Assembly: GCA_002269645.1 (NCBI GenBank) | Contig: NIVC01002986.1 | Coordinates: forward strand, 62,001-126,000 | Length of the DNA: 64,000 nt | Origin: Macrostomum lignano | Lineage: Eukaryota | Direction of reading: 5' to 3' | Shown: positions 60,814 to 64,000 of the stretch, in pieces | How positions within the stretch are numbered: position 1 is the stretch's first letter | How the letters are laid out: each line of letters starts with the position of its first letter | Notes under the pieces: model-generated | Databases searched by the model: none | Told to the model about the DNA's origin: nothing | What the model saw: only the letters and a program-made list of their open reading frames with translations | Program-made: the position numbers and the translations under genes

Positions 60814-61784
60814 TCAAACAGAAGCAGCCACCATGCATTCAAAAGTCTTCATTGAGTAGTAGTGGTTCAGCGGATAGCCAATGCCTGGGGAAGAGAACGT
60901 AAGTCCGTCGGCCCACAACGGCTCAGACAAGTAAAAAGCTGCTGGAGGCGTGAAGTACCGACCGTTCGGGTTGAAGCAGTGACAACTGCAGTACCACCAG
61001 GCTCCTTGGTAGGTGACTGCGCAGTTACTGGACCATGTGTCTTGATCCTTATCCTGTGTGCTGAACATCGCATTGTTCATGTAGGCACCAACGGTATGAC
61101 TGCAAGTTGCAACATTCGACCGACTGACATCAGGCTCTCCGACGCTGACTCGGTATCCTTGACTGGCGTCCTGCACGGCGAAGTTAGCGTCCTCCCACCA
61201 GTAGCGAGTGCCGTTCCAGTCGCCCGGCTCCCACCTCACGCGCCTGTCTCCGGCTCGAGTGAGCTGGTGGATCGCTTCCAGACCCATCCAGTAGTTTCTG
61301 TCCTCGCCCTGTCCGAACTCAGTCAAGTAGTTTGTCCAGTTCCGGTAGAAATCTACCGAGCCGTCCACTCGGTGCTGGAAGGTTCGCCAGCAGGTTCGTC
61401 CGAGCTCGTCCAGCTGTCTCACCTGTAATATCACGGTTAGCCAAATGCATAACGATTGCAACAGACATTGGAATAAAAATGGATCGCACGGTGAGCACCT
61501 ACCAGCAGCAGAGGCAGAGTCGAGTTTCTCGCATTGCGGCACTTTCTGCATCCGCTCGTTCCAAGCTGGCAGCTGTACAATCGACAAGTGTACCGCTCGC
61601 GATCGAACTTAATCGCTTGGTGCTGCGGTCTAGCGAGAGTCGCGCACTCCAAGTCGCTCCGCACGCCAGCCACCGAGCTGTCAAGCTTGTACTCGCTCAG
61701 GTCGTCTCTCTGCACGGTCCAGTTGAGCTGCGACGAAGCAGTTCTACACAGCAGAGTGATTACTACAAGAAGTTCAGCATTCAT
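60814..61784 (-). CDS. Secreted fibrinogen-related (FReD) protein with an N-terminal degenerate PAN/apple-like segment; exons 61503-61784 and 60814-61422
   Basis: Signal-peptide-like MNAELLVVITLLCRTASS; 80-nt phase-0 intron (gtaggt...ttacag); FBG motifs FQHRVDGSVDFYRNW, YWMGLEAIHQLT, FSTQDKDQD, CAVTYQGAWWY, CHCFNPNG. Confidence 0.92.
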
Positions 61785-63017
61785 CTTCGTTTCGTAGAGC
61801 TTCTCAAGTAGTAGGGGCTGACTTTCTGCAGTTGTCTCGGCTTTGAAAATTTACAGTTAGTTGCAGTTGTTTGCTGGAATCAACTGGATGGTTTCTTTCT
61901 CAAATCGCTTTCAGACTGAGAAGCGAGAAAGAGTTTTTTATTGGCAATTTCTATCTGACTTCGGCTAGAATTTTCCTGTCTAGGGGTTGGAAGAGAAAAT
62001 TCCATTGTTATTGTAAACTGCTGCCTCCCTGCCGGGTAGAGAGGTTAGCGCTAGTCACATGATTCTCAAGTTTTGTTGTTAGCAACGCGACACCAATTTT
62101 CTTCCCAACTTCCAATTACGCTCGTAATTTTCCCACAAAGACTCGCATCCCCAGTAACTGCGGAGAATTTTATGTATTGAGTTAACTGCCTGAGAAGCCT
62201 TACATGTGAAAAGTACCTGTTGCCAGGTGTGCCAGTGGCGTATTTGAGGGCTGAGTCAGGCGATACACTGCTGATACTGTGCAGGGGACGCAAGTTAGAG
62301 TACTTCTAATGCTGCTAAGGACTGCTACTCACGGGATTAGGATGCATAGTGGCTCATGGTTAGTGCCTTAGAGACAGTGCAAGCATAAATGCTAGCCCAT
62401 ATTCAAACAATGCTGCATATGATTAAAACTTTCTCGATAAATAAGAAAATCGAAGCAGATTGAACTGTTAGAGTTTTTACCGTAAAAAATACTAGCTTTG
62501 TTTGCGTCTATTTTAACTGAAAGCTAAATTGTAGATACAGTGGCTTTCCACGCATTATTTGCGTTCTCCAGGATGTTCTTTAGTAACATTTAATAATATC
62601 ACGTAAAATCTTTATGTCTACGTTTTATCTGATATTCAGCATGCCTTTTCGGGAGCTACTTTCATAAATAGCTCAAAATTCATGTTTATTCATCTACATA
62701 ACTCCCGCAAAAACAAAAATTTTAAAGGTGCAAGAGCCGCAAATCTATAAAAAGAAGATTTTAAAAAAGATCGCTCTTTCTCGCTATCTACCATCTATTG
62801 CCAGGACCTGCACCGGAGCGGTTACGAAAATTAGATTTCTCGGTAGTTGCTCGCACTCTTTTGCACTATTTGAGTAGTCTGATTTTCGTTCGGCATGGCT
62901 GGTTCCAGCAGGTAGTTCCTCTGGATAAAAGCGCTTACCGCGCCCATTGGCTTTCCAGCTGCCTTAATCGTTTCCGGTGATCTTGTGTGCGTGCATTCAG
63001 CTTGATTGGCTGCGGCT

Positions 63018-63157
<140 letters not shown>

Positions 63158-63994
63158 CAATATTTTTAATAAAATTATGGATATGCAGCAGTGCAATGCT
63201 AAAATTCAATATAAACGGCAGGATTTCACAGTTTTCTGATTTCTCACAGACATCAGCAAATAACAGTGCAGAGAAAGACGGTTTGAGTCCAAAAGCTCGA
63301 GAGATTTACGGATCGAGAAATTAGAAAGGCGATGTTCTGTCAAACAAGCCGCAGCAGGCCTACGCGGAGCCCATATGCAGATCAATCAAACCTTTAGCAT
63401 ATAATGTCATGAGTTTCCCGCTAAGAGGAAGCCGAACTGCATGTACCAGAGTGCCACGGAATCCTGAAACCCATTCCAATGCGTGAATCTTATTGCTTCT
63501 TCGCCGGCTGCGATATTAAAAAATCTGTGCGTTATTAAACTCGCTGGGACGTGTGTACTTTTCAGTTTATTAACATAACTGTGAGAGAAGGATGTATAAT
63601 ATGCAAAGTAAATTGACTTCTAGGAAAGAAAACTGAGTTCTCTGTAATGCTAATCATTTTATAGAGATTAGGAGCCACTAGGCTCGTGTGGTCAACGCGT
63701 CTCAAGCCAGAACCCTTGCTGGTTCCTTTCTGGAGTTTGTCCAACGATTCACAGTCATGAGGGTGTACACCCTGCGTGAATATTTATTTGACTTTCTAGA
63801 TTAACAAGCCTAGGTGACAATGGTCTCCAGTTTTAATCGCCTCCATTATGGAGTGTAGGAAAGGTATCAAAATCGAGGATTAAATTTGGATTTGAAAAAG
63901 TTATTTAGAGTTAAAGTCAACCTTGAATAAGTTTTCATGGCATTGTCTTTTAGACTTTCTAGACATTTGTTTCTCTTGAATCACATCCCTCGGT

Positions 63995-64000
63995 CTAGTC
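63995..64000 (-). CDS. Last codon and stop (GAC TAG) of a second, duplicated SLC5 gene copy
   Basis: 63157-64000 is near-identical to 48791-49637, including the stop-codon context tcacatccctcggtctagtc. The coding part lies beyond the right edge. Confidence 0.6.
   Translation of the reverse strand, partial: D

Noticed and set aside
60862-61811. Plus-strand ORFs of 188 and 159 aa
   Set aside because: Antisense shadows of the GC-rich FReD exons.

Overview
Intron-rich animal genomic DNA with an extreme density of tandem repeats. The repeat load, short introns and gene style suggest a free-living flatworm such as Macrostomum, but that is inference only. I rebuilt four genes by hand from splice sites and reading-frame phase. 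(1) unc-13/Munc13 on the minus strand: 14 phase-consistent exons from ATG at 36478 to 590, covering C2A, a long linker, the calmodulin-binding helix and C1, and continuing off the left edge; a 1.85-kb alternative first exon (8997-10850) has a Cys-rich N-terminus. (2) A single-exon class A GPCR (+, 45239-46462). (3) A complete 15-exon SLC5 sodium:solute symporter of the NIS/SMCT/SMVT group (-, 60140-49632, 703 aa). (4) A two-exon secreted fibrinogen-related protein (-, 61784-60814). The last 1 kb duplicates the SLC5 3' end and stop codon, which implies a tandem duplication of about 14.4 kb bounded by (ATCT)n. Also present are a defective DD34D mariner with ~180-bp TIRs, tRNA-derived SINEs, a 28-bp hAT-like TIR-TIR relic, a 2.9-kb (GATA)n tract and about 30 different minisatellites. 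One minisatellite carries 10 perfect CRE palindromes, and two related ones lie in inverted orientation around unc-13 exons 4-6. Most long ORFs in the supplied track are repeat artefacts. I found no CRISPR array, rRNA or true tRNA gene, and no clearly new multi-gene system; the findings are hypotheses for testing.
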